Of a stretch of DNA of 64,000 nucleotides, positions 50,303-61,830 are shown piece after piece; positions within the stretch are counted from its first letter, which is position 1, and each line of letters opens with the position of its first letter. The DNA is from an uncultured Ectothiorhodospiraceae bacterium (GTDB lineage Bacteria > Pseudomonadota > Gammaproteobacteria > UBA9214), in NCBI GenBank assembly GCA_964443845.1, contig CAYUFA010000009.1, forward strand, positions 218-64,217, written 5' to 3'. Made by a program: the position numbers and the translations under genes. Below the pieces are notes generated by a model. That model had not been told where the DNA came from. It saw only the letters and a program-made list of their open reading frames with translations, and did not search any database.

Positions 50303-50991
50303 TTCGATGTGTACCCTGCGTCGAGTTGGTGGATGTCCGGGATATGGATGATATTGCCTTCCACGCGTACCAGTCCGGCATTCTGCAGGTTGCGCAGGAT
50401 GCGTGACAGTGATTCCGGCTGGATCGAGAGACGCGAGGCAATGACATGCTTGGGTGCAGCCAGTTCGATGCTGATGTCGAACTGCTGGCCGGGCGGTGCC
50501 TGCTGCAACAGGAAATTGGTAAAGCGCAGGGAAGCATTCTGCAACGTCAGCGCGTGGATATCGTTGAGCTGCCGCTTCAGCCACGTGCTCATGTCGGCCA
50601 TGAGCCGGAAGCAGGTGTCGGTGGACTCGCGCAGGATTCCCCGGAAGGCGGAGTTGGAGAAGGCCAGGACCTCGGTCTTGCCCAGTGCGCTGGCATTGAC
50701 CGGGTAGCGCTCTCCGTCCATGAAGGTGATGGCCTCGGCGAAGGTTTCGCCCGGCGCCACGAGGTGCAGCACCTTCTCGGCGCCATCGGGGGTGGACAGG
50801 AACAGCCGGACCGATCCTTCGCGCACCAGGAAAAAGTGTCGTGCCGGTTGCTGGCTGGCAAACAGCAGCTGGCCATCGTCGAGGTGTTGCTGGTACGCGC
50901 TCTGCAGCAGCCGTGACATCTGTCTGTCATCGAGACCGGCGAACAGGGGGTGGCGGCGCAGCTCCTGCTGCAATTCCTGGTTCTGGTGCAT
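50299..50991 (-). CDS. Crp/Fnr family regulator, DNR/NNR type (no N-terminal Cys cluster)
   Basis: cNMP-like sensor domain, HTH with E--SR recognition motif (QPESLSR), no FNR Cys cluster. Start at MHQNQELQ. Confidence 0.75.
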   Translation of the reverse strand: MHQNQELQQELRRHPLFAGLDDRQMSRLLQSAYQQHLDDGQLLFASQQPARHFFLVREGSVRLFLSTPDGAEKVLHLVAPGETFAEAITFMDGERYPVNASALGKTEVLAFSNSAFRGILRESTDTCFRLMADMSTWLKRQLNDIHALTLQNASLRFTNFLLQQAPPGQQFDISIELAAPKHVIASRLSIQPESLSRILRNLQNAGLVRVEGNIIHIPDIHQLDAGYTSK

Positions 50992-51071
50992 GGGCCGAGC
51001 ATACCCAATGTGCCGGGAAACTGCATGGGGGCCGGTCAGGTCCGGGTACATCGGTACCCGCTGGCAGGACC

Positions 51072-51145
51072 TGAAATTCAACACCGGCTGTACAAACCTT
51101 GTGTCCCTTCTCCCGGAGGGAGAGGGAGTTTGCGGGACAGCAGTG
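51072..51145 (+). repeat. 74-bp hairpin-containing intergenic repeat, copy B
   Basis: Matches 43940..44012. Lies about 80 bp upstream of the dnr-like gene start. Confidence 0.8.
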
Positions 51146-51206
51146 GCACAGGACGGAATCATCGTACTCGCAAGTCTGTCGCGCCGGGAATGGAGTCAGA
51201 AACCCC

Positions 51207-51220
51207 TTAACCGGGGTCAA
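51207..51220 (+). promoter_or_regulatory. NNR/DNR-type box TTAACCGGGGTCAA upstream of DUF2249 gene
   Basis: TTAAC-N4-GTCAA, about 100 bp upstream of the DUF2249 ATG. Confidence 0.55.
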
Positions 51221-51317
51221 GGCGGCCGTGGTGGCACCCTGACACAGTCCACGGCCGTGAAAATCACACCGGGACAGGCCGGGATACCCGCAGCCCGTCC
51301 CGTGACGGCGAGAGTCA

Positions 51318-51581
51318 ATGGCGCAGGAACAGGTACTCGATACCCGCCACATGAGCATGCCGGAACCCCTGCTCGCAGCGCTGGCCGCACTCGATGCGTT
51401 GCCGGCAGGCATGGTGCTGCGCCTGATCACGGAGCGTGATCCGTTGCTGCTGTACCCCCTGCTCGAGGCGCGCGGGTTGCACTGGACCCGACTGGGAGGC
51501 GGTGCGGACGGCTGGCAGATCCTGATCCGGCATACCGGTGACCACGCCGCGGGCGATGCCGGCGCGTCCGGGCAGCCTTAA
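51318..51581 (+). CDS. DUF2249-domain protein (denitrification-cluster associated)
   Basis: PEPLLAALAALDALPAGMVLRLITERDPLLLYPLLEARG matches the DUF2249 pattern seen next to nor/nnrS genes. Confidence 0.6.
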   Translation: MAQEQVLDTRHMSMPEPLLAALAALDALPAGMVLRLITERDPLLLYPLLEARGLHWTRLGGGADGWQILIRHTGDHAAGDAGASGQP

Positions 51582-51591
51582 CTCAGGTCAA
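51578..51591 (+). promoter_or_regulatory. NNR/DNR-type box TTAACTCAGGTCAA upstream of norC
   Basis: TTAAC-N4-GTCAA, about 65 bp upstream of the norC ATG. The TAA stop of the DUF2249 gene lies inside the box. Confidence 0.6.
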
Positions 51592-51648
51592 GGCCGGTGC
51601 CGGCCCCGGATACTAGTCTGCCGGGCAGACGGACGGTCAGGAGGACAT

Positions 51649-52083
51649 ATGAGCGGGACATTCACCAAGTCGATGGCGCGCAATATCTTTTACGGCGGCG
51701 CGGTATTTTTCTTTCTGCTGTTCGTTGCGCTGACCTTCGACACCACACGGGCACTGCCAGAACGCGACAACCGTGCAGCGATCACGCCGGTGGTGGCGCT
51801 GGGCAAGCGGATCTGGGAGGAGAACGACTGTATCGGCTGCCACACACTGCTCGGCGAAGGCGCCTATTTCGCACCGGAACTCGGTAACGTCTACACCCGC
51901 TTCGGCAACAGCAAGGAGGCGATCATGGCGTTCATCAAGAGCCGTCCGGAGCAAGGCATACCGGGCCGCCGCAGCATGCCGCAATTCCATTTCACCGACG
52001 AGGAACTGAATGCGCTGGCCGAGTTCCTCAAGTATTCATCCGAAATCAACACATCCGGATGGCCGCCGAACATCCAGGGCTGA
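51649..52083 (+). CDS. norC: nitric oxide reductase subunit C (cytochrome c)
   Basis: N-terminal TM anchor and CIGCH heme c motif. Confidence 0.9.
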   Translation: MSGTFTKSMARNIFYGGAVFFFLLFVALTFDTTRALPERDNRAAITPVVALGKRIWEENDCIGCHTLLGEGAYFAPELGNVYTRFGNSKEAIMAFIKSRPEQGIPGRRSMPQFHFTDEELNALAEFLKYSSEINTSGWPPNIQG

Positions 52084-53496
<1,413 letters not shown>

Positions 53497-53828
53497 GGAA
53501 CCTCGGCACAGGCCACTGAACCGGCCCTCACTTCGTTGCAAAGGCGCTCGGAATGCTCATTTACGCGCGCTGTAAACTGTGCTTCCTCACGCCTTTGCGC
53601 CTTGTGACCTTCCGGTTGATTGACCTGCGCAGAGGTTCCCTGGACGCAGACAACATAGCACGGCATCCGGCCCGCCTGCCGCGGGCAGCACCGACCCGGT
53701 CGGGCTGCCCGCGGCGCTTCCCGCCCCCGGGCGCTTGATGCAGGTTATGGCGGACTGTCCGCTGCGGGGCTAGCCTGCCGGGTGTGACAGCAACCCCTGC
53801 CGGACATGCAGGTGCAGTGAGACAACCC

Positions 53829-54641
53829 ATGGACACCAGTAGCGCACGCAGTACCGCACCCGATGCCCTGCCCTATTACGAAGCGCAGGGCAACGAGGTG
53901 GCGTTGTTCGAGTATGCCTGGCGCCACCGGCTGCCCATGCTGATCAAGGGTCCGACCGGCTGCGGCAAGACGCGCTTCGTGCAGTACATGGCCGCGCGGC
54001 TGGGCCGGCCGTTGTACACGGTGGCCTGTCACGACGACCTGTCCGCGGCAGACCTCGTCGGGCGGCACCTGATCGGCGACCAGGGCACGTTCTGGAATGA
54101 CGGGCCGTTGACCCGCGCCGTACGCGAGGGTGCGATCTGCTATCTCGACGAAGTCGTCGAGGCGCGCAAGGACACCACCGTGGTGCTGCACCCGCTGACC
54201 GACGACCGGCGCATGCTGCCGATCGAACGTACCGGCGAGCAGTTGCAGGCACCGGCGGAGTTCATGCTGGTGGTGTCCTACAATCCCGGTTACCAGAACC
54301 TGCTCAAGGGTATGAAGCCGAGTACGCGCCAGCGCTTCGTGGCGCGGCGTTTCGATTTTCCGGCCCCGGACCTGGAAGAACGCATCCTGCAGGGCGAAAC
54401 CGGGATCGGTGCCGCACTCGCACGGCGCCTGGTGGTGCTGGCCGGAGCCCTGCGCAACCTCAAGGACCATGACCTGGAAGAAGCGGCCTCGACGCGGTTG
54501 CTGGTGTATGCCGCTACCCTGATCCATGGCGGATACGATGCGCTGGAGGCCTGCCGCTGTGCGCTGGTCGAGCCGCTGACCGATGACGAGGAGACGGCCG
54601 CCGCGCTGCTGGAGGTAGTCCATGCCAGCTTCGGTACCTGA
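53829..54641 (+). CDS. norQ: NorQ/NirQ/CbbQ AAA+ ATPase
   Basis: GPTGCGKT Walker A, DE Walker B (CYLDEV), CbbQ/NorQ C-terminal region. Confidence 0.9.
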   Translation: MDTSSARSTAPDALPYYEAQGNEVALFEYAWRHRLPMLIKGPTGCGKTRFVQYMAARLGRPLYTVACHDDLSAADLVGRHLIGDQGTFWNDGPLTRAVREGAICYLDEVVEARKDTTVVLHPLTDDRRMLPIERTGEQLQAPAEFMLVVSYNPGYQNLLKGMKPSTRQRFVARRFDFPAPDLEERILQGETGIGAALARRLVVLAGALRNLKDHDLEEAASTRLLVYAATLIHGGYDALEACRCALVEPLTDDEETAAALLEVVHASFGT

Positions 54642-55014
54642 GCAGCCGGCAGCCGGACAGTCACTCGCCGTGCTTGCCGAAGTCCTCTACCTGGCCAACC
54701 TGCTGCTGTTGCCGGGGATCGCCTTCCTGGTGCTGCTGGTGCTCTATTACCGGAACATCGGCCGTGCGGCGGCATTGCCTGCCGGTCACCTGCGGCAGAC
54801 CGTCGCCGCCAGCCTGTGGGCCGGTGCGCTGCTGGTGGTGGCCAATCTCAGCATCGTGTTACTGGGCGGCTATCGCAGCCCGCATACCTGGGTGGTGGTG
54901 ATCATCTACTTCACCACCTGCCATTCCACGCTGGTATTGCTGGGTGTGCTGGGCCTGGCGCGTGCCCTGGCCGGACAACCGTTCCGGTATCCACTGATCG
55001 GCAGGCCGCTCTGA
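54622..55014 (+). CDS. small integral membrane protein in norE/F position
   Basis: 130 aa with about 4 TM. Overlaps the norQ 3' end by 20 nt. No family recognised. Confidence 0.4.
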   Translation: MPASVPEQPAAGQSLAVLAEVLYLANLLLLPGIAFLVLLVLYYRNIGRAAALPAGHLRQTVAASLWAGALLVVANLSIVLLGGYRSPHTWVVVIIYFTTCHSTLVLLGVLGLARALAGQPFRYPLIGRPL

Positions 55015-55015
55015 T

Positions 55016-56017
55016 ATGCCGCTCTCCGCGCACCGGCAGCAGATTCTGCGGCGCTTCCTGCAGGGCGGCTTCTTCCTGCTGTTCCTGCTGGCCCCGGCGC
55101 TGGACATCCTGCGCTTCGACCTGACGCAGGGACATGCCATCCTGTTCGGCCTGCCGTGGACGCTGGGCCTGGATGATTTCGTGGCCGGCCGCATTGGTCC
55201 GGTCCAGGCAGCCGTCAATATCATCCTGCGCGGTTTCCTCCCGCTGTTGCTCGTCGGCGGGGCCCTGCTCGGCATGGCCTGGCGTTACGGGCGCCTGTAC
55301 TGCGGCTGGCTGTGCCCGCATTTTTCCGTGGTGGAACGCATCAACCGCTGGATGCAGCGCGCCACCGGCAAACCGAGCGTCTGGGAGCGCGCGCCGTTGC
55401 CGGAGCGGCAGCCGGACGGCAGCGCGCTGCCGCGTAACCGGGTGTACTGGGTCGTCACGGTATGCGCCGCGGCCGGGTTCGCGCTGTTGTGGGCGGTCAC
55501 CCTGCTGACCTACCTGCTGCCGCCGCACCTGATCTGGCACAACCTGCTGACCCTGAGCCTGACGCCGAACCAGGCCCGCTTCATCGGCGTGGCCACGCTC
55601 CTGCTCACGGTCGATTTCCTGTTCGCGCGCCATCTGTTCTGCCGCTTCGGCTGCGCGGTCGGCCTGTTCCAGAGCCTTGCCTGGATGGCCAACCCGCGCG
55701 CGCTGGTGGTCGGTTTCGAGAAACACCGTGCGGCTGCCTGTGCGGAGTGCAACAACGCCTGTGACAATGCCTGCCCGATGCGGCTGCGTCCACGCAGCAT
55801 CAAGCGCCGCATGTTCACCTGTACCGAATGCGCGCAATGCATCCACGCCTGTGACCAGGTACGGGTTGCCGACCCGCAGGGCGGCCTGTTGCACTGGGTC
55901 GCGGGCGCAGCGGCCCTGCCGGTGGAGACGGGCCGGCAACCGCGTACCACGCCAACGCAGCCAGGCGAGAGATCCGCCCCGTGGAAGAGTTCGTCGGTCA
56001 GCTCTGGCACCGCCTGA
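55016..56017 (+). CDS. NapH/MauN-like membrane polyferredoxin (4Fe-4S binding)
   Basis: TM helices, CGWLCP and CRFGCAVG motifs, and C-terminal CAECNNACDNACP / CTECAQCIHAC ferredoxin motifs. Confidence 0.6.
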   Translation: MPLSAHRQQILRRFLQGGFFLLFLLAPALDILRFDLTQGHAILFGLPWTLGLDDFVAGRIGPVQAAVNIILRGFLPLLLVGGALLGMAWRYGRLYCGWLCPHFSVVERINRWMQRATGKPSVWERAPLPERQPDGSALPRNRVYWVVTVCAAAGFALLWAVTLLTYLLPPHLIWHNLLTLSLTPNQARFIGVATLLLTVDFLFARHLFCRFGCAVGLFQSLAWMANPRALVVGFEKHRAAACAECNNACDNACPMRLRPRSIKRRMFTCTECAQCIHACDQVRVADPQGGLLHWVAGAAALPVETGRQPRTTPTQPGERSAPWKSSSVSSGTA

Positions 56018-57807
56018 TCACGCGTGCGGCACGGCGTTCGTACCCGGAGGCCGTGGTGACGCTGGAGACGGTCGGCCACGGCGCGGGCATCCTGTTCCGT
56101 GCGCTGGGCGGGGACGGCGGGCTGCGGATCGAGGCGGGCGACGCCACCGCCAGCGGGGCACGGCGCAGCTGGCTGGCGCGCATCGCCGGGACCCGGCGCA
56201 CGGTTGAACTGGCCTGGCGTGACGACCAGGCGCTGCGCCTGCCGGCGCGGATCGACTGCTTTCCGGACCGGGCCCTGAACCGTGACCTGTACCTGTGGCT
56301 TGCCGCGCTGGCGGCGCGACCGGAACCGGCCGGTGACTGGTTTGCCGGCAGCCAGCAGCGTACCCGGGCCGTGCTGGAGGCGTACCCGGGTTTGCGGGCC
56401 CGGTACCGGCGTCTGGTCGATGCCCACCTCGCGGGGCGCAGCGCGCCGGCACGGTTGCCGCCCGACGAGGCGGCGCAGGAGCACGCGATCCGCAGCGCCC
56501 TGCGGGAGCCCGGCAGCGTGCCGGTGCTGCCGGCCTGCCGCCGCCCGCCGCAACCGGTCCTGCTGTGGCTGCACCCGGCGGCGCCGGTCGTGTCCGCCAC
56601 CGCGGCCGACGCGGATTCCGCCGCCGCCGCGCGCGACACTCCCGTACGGGCACTGCAGGAGCAGCGCCGGCGCCGGGCGGAGCGGGTCGCGCAACCGGAC
56701 ACCGACCGGGGCCTGGTCACGGTGCGCATGGAGAACATTTTTACCTGGGGCGAGTACGCGCGCGTGGATCGTGCCGGGGAGGACAACGAGGATCTGCAGG
56801 AAGCCGCCGACGCGGCGGCATCGATCGACACCTTCAGCGTGACCCGGGATGGCAGGACCCGGGCCGCGCGCCTGCGCTTCGATCTCGACCTGCCCGCGGC
56901 CGAATGCGATGACCGGCCGCTGGGAGCAGGCATCCTGTTGCCGGAGTGGGATTACCGCACCCGCCGCCTGCAGCCGGATCGTTGCCGCGTCCAGCCGTTG
57001 CTGGCGGCGCGGGCAGCACCCTGCGCGCTGCCGGCACGCCTGCGCCGCACCGCGGCGCGCCTGCGTGCGCAGTTCCGGCAACTGGCACCGGCACGTTGCT
57101 GGCTGTCCGGACAGCCGGACGGCGCCGAGCCGGATCTCGAGGCCTGGCTGCGCTTCCGTGCCGAACGTGGCGGGCGGCAGGCCGTGGCCGGCGATCGCCT
57201 GTATCGGGACATGCGCAACGGATCGCGTGACCTGGCGTGCCTGTTGCTCGCCGATCTGTCGCTCTCCACCGACAGCTGGGTCAACGACACGGCGCGGGTG
57301 ATCGATGTAATCCGCGACAGCCTGTGGCTGTTTGCGGAAAGCCTGTCGGCCACCGGAGACCGGTTCGCCATGTACGGGTTTTCCTCGCGCCGGCGGGACC
57401 CGGTACGCGTGCACCAGCTCAAGACCTTCGACGAACCCTACAATGCAAGGGTGTGCGGCCGGATCGGTGCCATCCGGCCCGGGTATTACACGCGCATGGG
57501 TGCGGCCGTGCGCCATGCCAGCCGGCTGCTCGCGGACCAGGTCGCCAGCCGGCGGCTGTTGCTGCTGCTGACGGACGGCAAGCCCAATGATCTCGACCAC
57601 TACGAAGGGCGCTACGGTGTCGAGGATACCCGGCACGCCCTGCAACAGGCGCGCGAGTCGGGATTGCAGCCGTTCTGCGTGACGATCGACCGCAAGGCCG
57701 GCGATTACCTGCCTTACCTGTTCGGCAGCAACAGCTACGTGGTCATCCACCGGCCCTCGCAGCTGCCGCGTGCATTGCCGTCGCTGTATGCACGGCTGAC
57801 TGCGTGA
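55981..57807 (+). CDS. norD: NorD (von Willebrand factor A domain protein for cNOR activation)
   Basis: C-terminal VWA domain (LLLLTDGKPND MIDAS motif). Size and position after norQ. Confidence 0.85.
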   Translation: MEEFVGQLWHRLITRAARRSYPEAVVTLETVGHGAGILFRALGGDGGLRIEAGDATASGARRSWLARIAGTRRTVELAWRDDQALRLPARIDCFPDRALNRDLYLWLAALAARPEPAGDWFAGSQQRTRAVLEAYPGLRARYRRLVDAHLAGRSAPARLPPDEAAQEHAIRSALREPGSVPVLPACRRPPQPVLLWLHPAAPVVSATAADADSAAAARDTPVRALQEQRRRRAERVAQPDTDRGLVTVRMENIFTWGEYARVDRAGEDNEDLQEAADAAASIDTFSVTRDGRTRAARLRFDLDLPAAECDDRPLGAGILLPEWDYRTRRLQPDRCRVQPLLAARAAPCALPARLRRTAARLRAQFRQLAPARCWLSGQPDGAEPDLEAWLRFRAERGGRQAVAGDRLYRDMRNGSRDLACLLLADLSLSTDSWVNDTARVIDVIRDSLWLFAESLSATGDRFAMYGFSSRRRDPVRVHQLKTFDEPYNARVCGRIGAIRPGYYTRMGAAVRHASRLLADQVASRRLLLLLTDGKPNDLDHYEGRYGVEDTRHALQQARESGLQPFCVTIDRKAGDYLPYLFGSNSYVVIHRPSQLPRALPSLYARLTA

Positions 57808-57815
57808 GTTGACCC

Positions 57816-59447
57816 GTGTCAAGGTCCGGCCGGAAACTGAGCAGCGGGTTGCGTGGAGCCGATCCACACGGGGGCAGCCTGCAGCACGGAAATTCACTCC
57901 ATGCGCCGCGGTGCCGGCGCCATGCGCTGCCGGCCTGCCTGCTGGTGGCGCTGCTGTCGTGGTGGCAGCCGTGCGCTGCCGCCACGGTCGAGGCCCTGGC
58001 CCGGCAGTATTTTCCGCAGGCCGATCGTGTCGGACCGTTCGAGGGTGACCCGCTGGCGGCCGCGGTCTACCGGCAGGACCGGCTGCTCGGTTACGTGCTC
58101 CGCACCACGGACGTTGCACCGATCCCGGCCTATTCGGGCAAGCCAATCACGCTGCTCGTGGGCGTGGACGTTGCCGGCCACATCACCGGCCTGGAGGTGA
58201 CCCGGCACTCCGAGCCGATCCTGGTGATCGGCGTATCCGACCAGGACCTGCGACATTACGTCGACCAGTACCGCGGCGTATCGGTGCGCAAGCAGGTGAA
58301 GATCGGCGGCGCACCGCGCGAGGGCTATGTCACCATCGACGGCATATCCGGCGCCAGCATCACCTCCATGGTCATGAATGCCACGGTGATGAAGGCGGTG
58401 CAGAAGGTGGCCGCAGCGCGCGGCATTCCGGCACCTGCGGGTGACGCCGTGCCGGTGCCGGCGGGCGGGGACGCTACGCTGGAAGGCGCGCCGGTGGACG
58501 CCCCGGACTGGTGGCTCGGGAACCAGGAGGAGCCCTTCTGGGTGAACGTGTGGCGCGAACGTACCTGGCAGATCGTGGTCCTGTGCTGCGCGCTCGTCAC
58601 GCTGACCGTCATCCTGCTGTTCCAGGACTGGCTGGCGCGGCGTCCGCAGCTGCTGCGCAGGATACGCACCGGGTTCCTGCTGTTCACCTGCGGTTTCATC
58701 GGCTGGTATGCACTGGCGCAACTCTCGATTATCCACGTGCTGACGTTCATCAACGCGTTGCTGCACCAGTTCAGCTGGGAATCCTTCCTGGTCGATCCGC
58801 TGATTTTCATCCTCTGGGGGTTCGTGGCCCTGACGCTGCTGCTGTGGGGGCGCGGGGTGTATTGCGGCTGGCTCTGCCCGTTCGGTGCGCTGCAGGAACT
58901 GCTGTTCCAGATCGCGCAGCGTGCGGGCATGCGGGAGTACCGCCTGCCCGAAGTGGTGCATGAACGCCTGACCGCACTGAAATACGTGATCTTCGTTGCG
59001 CTGTTCGGCCTGTCACTGCAATCGATCGGTTATGCCGCGCAGGCAGCCGAGGTGGAGCCCTTCAAGACCGCCATCGTCATGCATTTCCTGCGTGACGGTG
59101 CGTATTTCTGGTACGCGGTTGCCTTGCTGATGCTGGCCGTGCTCAACCGCAAGTTTTTCTGCAAGTATCTGTGCCCGCTCGGTGCGGCCCTGGCGATTCC
59201 GGCACCGCTGCGGATTTTCGACTGGTTGCGCCGGCGCAAGGAATGCGGGCGCCCCTGCCAGATCTGCGCGGTCCAGTGCGAGGTGCATGCGATCCGTCCC
59301 ACCGGAGAGATCAACCCGAACGAGTGTCATTACTGCCTGGATTGCCAGGTGACCTACTGGGACAACCGCCAGTGTCCGCCGCTCGCGGAAAAACGCGTGC
59401 GGCGTGAAAAGAGCCGGGCGGCGCTCGAGCGCCTTGCCGGACAGTGA
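57816..59447 (+). CDS. NosR/NirI-family membrane protein (FMN-binding domain + polyferredoxin)
   Basis: FMN_bind motif TIDGISGASITS, 6 TM, CGWLCPFGALQE, and C-terminal Cys clusters. Shorter than canonical NosR. Confidence 0.7.
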   Translation: MSRSGRKLSSGLRGADPHGGSLQHGNSLHAPRCRRHALPACLLVALLSWWQPCAAATVEALARQYFPQADRVGPFEGDPLAAAVYRQDRLLGYVLRTTDVAPIPAYSGKPITLLVGVDVAGHITGLEVTRHSEPILVIGVSDQDLRHYVDQYRGVSVRKQVKIGGAPREGYVTIDGISGASITSMVMNATVMKAVQKVAAARGIPAPAGDAVPVPAGGDATLEGAPVDAPDWWLGNQEEPFWVNVWRERTWQIVVLCCALVTLTVILLFQDWLARRPQLLRRIRTGFLLFTCGFIGWYALAQLSIIHVLTFINALLHQFSWESFLVDPLIFILWGFVALTLLLWGRGVYCGWLCPFGALQELLFQIAQRAGMREYRLPEVVHERLTALKYVIFVALFGLSLQSIGYAAQAAEVEPFKTAIVMHFLRDGAYFWYAVALLMLAVLNRKFFCKYLCPLGAALAIPAPLRIFDWLRRRKECGRPCQICAVQCEVHAIRPTGEINPNECHYCLDCQVTYWDNRQCPPLAEKRVRREKSRAALERLAGQ

Positions 59448-59579
59448 GCGCTAATGCCCGCCGGGTGTGCGCCTGCGCGCGCAACGGATCTGTGCGGGGC
59501 GCAACCGTGCCGCTGCGCCACGCGCGAAAATCCCGCAAGCGGCTGTAAATCCTGCTGAATCCGGGCTGCCAGGAACACC

Positions 59580-59593
59580 TTAACCTACGTCAA
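59580..59593 (+). promoter_or_regulatory. NNR/DNR-type box TTAACCTACGTCAA upstream of nirS
   Basis: TTAAC-N4-GTCAA, about 70 bp upstream of the nirS ATG. Confidence 0.6.
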
Positions 59594-59617
59594 GGTATCC
59601 CGGGAGCACACCGGTAG

Positions 59618-61390
<1,773 letters not shown>

Positions 61391-61405
61391 CCGGGGCAGC
61401 CGGAT

Positions 61406-61441
61406 GCGGGCCGGTGTGCGGAATCCCGTGCGCCGGCCCGC
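61406..61441 (+). terminator. GC-rich hairpin after nirS (possible terminator/attenuator, no U-tract)
   Basis: GCGGGCCGG ... CCGGCCCGC form a 9-bp stem with an 18-nt loop, 16 nt after the nirS stop. Confidence 0.35.
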
Positions 61442-61503
61442 CCGGGTAGAGGGCTGGAACCGGCCGGGAGGAGTACGGGATTGCGGGTGATACGGGGACG
61501 CGC

Positions 61504-61830
61504 ATGCGAATGACATTCGACACTCTGTTGCTCATCATGACGGCCGCCGGCATGGCGGCAACGGCCGGTGCCGCTCCCGACTCCGCACGCCAGTCCGAGC
61601 TGTTGTACCTGCTGAACCAGGATTGCAGTGCCTGTCATGGCATGACGCGCAAGGGTGGCCTGGGGCCGCCCCTGCTGCCATCGAGCCTGCGCGACCGTCC
61701 GACCCGCCTGCTGGTGACCACCATACTCGACGGCCGGCCGGGTACACCCATGCCACCGTGGCGCGGCGAACTTTCCGAACAGGACGCGCAATGGCTGGTG
61801 GAAGCCTTGCGCAGGGGAGAGGGCCTGTGA
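61504..61830 (+). CDS. nirC: monoheme cytochrome c (NirC / c55X)
   Basis: Signal peptide and CSACH heme motif. Position between nirS and nirF. Confidence 0.8.
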   Translation: MRMTFDTLLLIMTAAGMAATAGAAPDSARQSELLYLLNQDCSACHGMTRKGGLGPPLLPSSLRDRPTRLLVTTILDGRPGTPMPPWRGELSEQDAQWLVEALRRGEGL

